Positions 63,393 to 64,000 of a DNA stretch of 64,000 nucleotides are shown one piece after another (the first letter of the stretch is position 1; every line of letters starts with the position of its first letter). Source of the DNA: Marsupella aquatica (taxonomy: Eukaryota; Plantae; Marchantiophyta); NCBI GenBank assembly GCA_973895155.1, contig OZ316899.1, positions 16,395,974 to 16,459,973 on the forward strand, given 5' to 3'. The notes beneath the pieces are model-generated. The model was not told where the DNA came from and ran no database searches. It worked only from the letters and a program-made list of their open reading frames with translations. A program made the position numbers and the translations under genes.

Positions 63393-64000
63393 AGGCAGTG
63401 CCTGTGCCCTGGGCTGGGTTTGGGGAGGGTGGTGACCAGGGTGTATTGTAACAGGCTGGAAGCTCTGCAGTCATGGACAGCAGTGAACAGGGATGCCTAA
63501 TGGTGGTATTTGTGTTCCATATATCCCTGACTGTATGTGCCAAAAGAGTTAACATAACGTGTAATAAATTCTCACAAACCCTAAACCACCCCAAAAGAAA
63601 AAAACAGGTTTGCGAGTAGTGTACCTATTGTCAAGTGAATGACACAAAATTCCTCAATGTTTGAGGGTGTCACCACCTCCACAGCTGTCCTCAAATGTAC
63701 CACCTCTGCATGTACACCCATGACCATATCAGAGTCCAATCATGTATAGTCATAGGCATAGGTGTGAGAGCGGTATCAGATATCTCACCGCCGAGATTTG
63801 AGCCCACCCAGTACGTTTACAGTGACACCCCCAGGCAGCAGGAAACAACAATCCGCCAACAGTAAAATAAGCCCAACTGCCACCAACCATAACAAGGTAC
63901 ATTAGTTCAAAGATCACATTTATTTCAATGATCTGATTTATACAAAAAAACTTGTGTCCAAACTGATGCTACTACTCCTCACTCTGATTCAGAATCGCTA

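Larger units (their letters stand above)
55011..64000 (-). mobile_element. CACTA element copy B (continues past the window)
   Basis: CACTAGAAGAATCC terminus at 55011, dense GTGACT/AGTCAC subterminal repeats at 55045-55350, full transposase gene set. Confidence 0.9.

Overview
This is eukaryotic DNA from a land plant, probably non-seed (fern/lycophyte-like, inferred). It contains no intact host gene and is a nest of transposons. Left to right: (i) non-autonomous Helitrons at 0.9-4.0 kb; (ii) a decayed Ulp1/C48-protease plus NIF-phosphatase element at ~5.3-11.85 kb with its own palindromic motif; (iii) a truncated LTR element at 11.85-12.7 kb; (iv) a large CACTA element at 12.7-49.66 kb carrying BRCT, EDM2-like PHD, F-box-like and RPL18a cargo. 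The CACTA is interrupted by a 638-bp MITE, two full-length ~10.3-kb Mutator-like elements and a 4.0-kb ORF-coding solo LTR. Then follow (v) a third, truncated copy of the Mutator-like element, (vi) a retroelement remnant encoding a DNMT3-like C5 methyltransferase behind its protease, and (vii) a second, less interrupted CACTA copy from 55011 to the window end. The best candidate new system is the Mutator-like family. Its GCM-type/DDE/SWIM transposase is transcribed divergently from a ~1050-aa gene fusing a ParB/Srx-like domain (DGNHRLYA) to a beta-class N4C/N6A methyltransferase-like domain. The element carries ~19 copies of a 15-bp palindrome, TAGCGCCNGGCGCTA, in every intron, in a 63-bp-phased promoter array and near both ends, which suggests a ParB/parS-like self-recognition or anti-silencing module. 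All domain calls are by eye and need HMM or structure confirmation.
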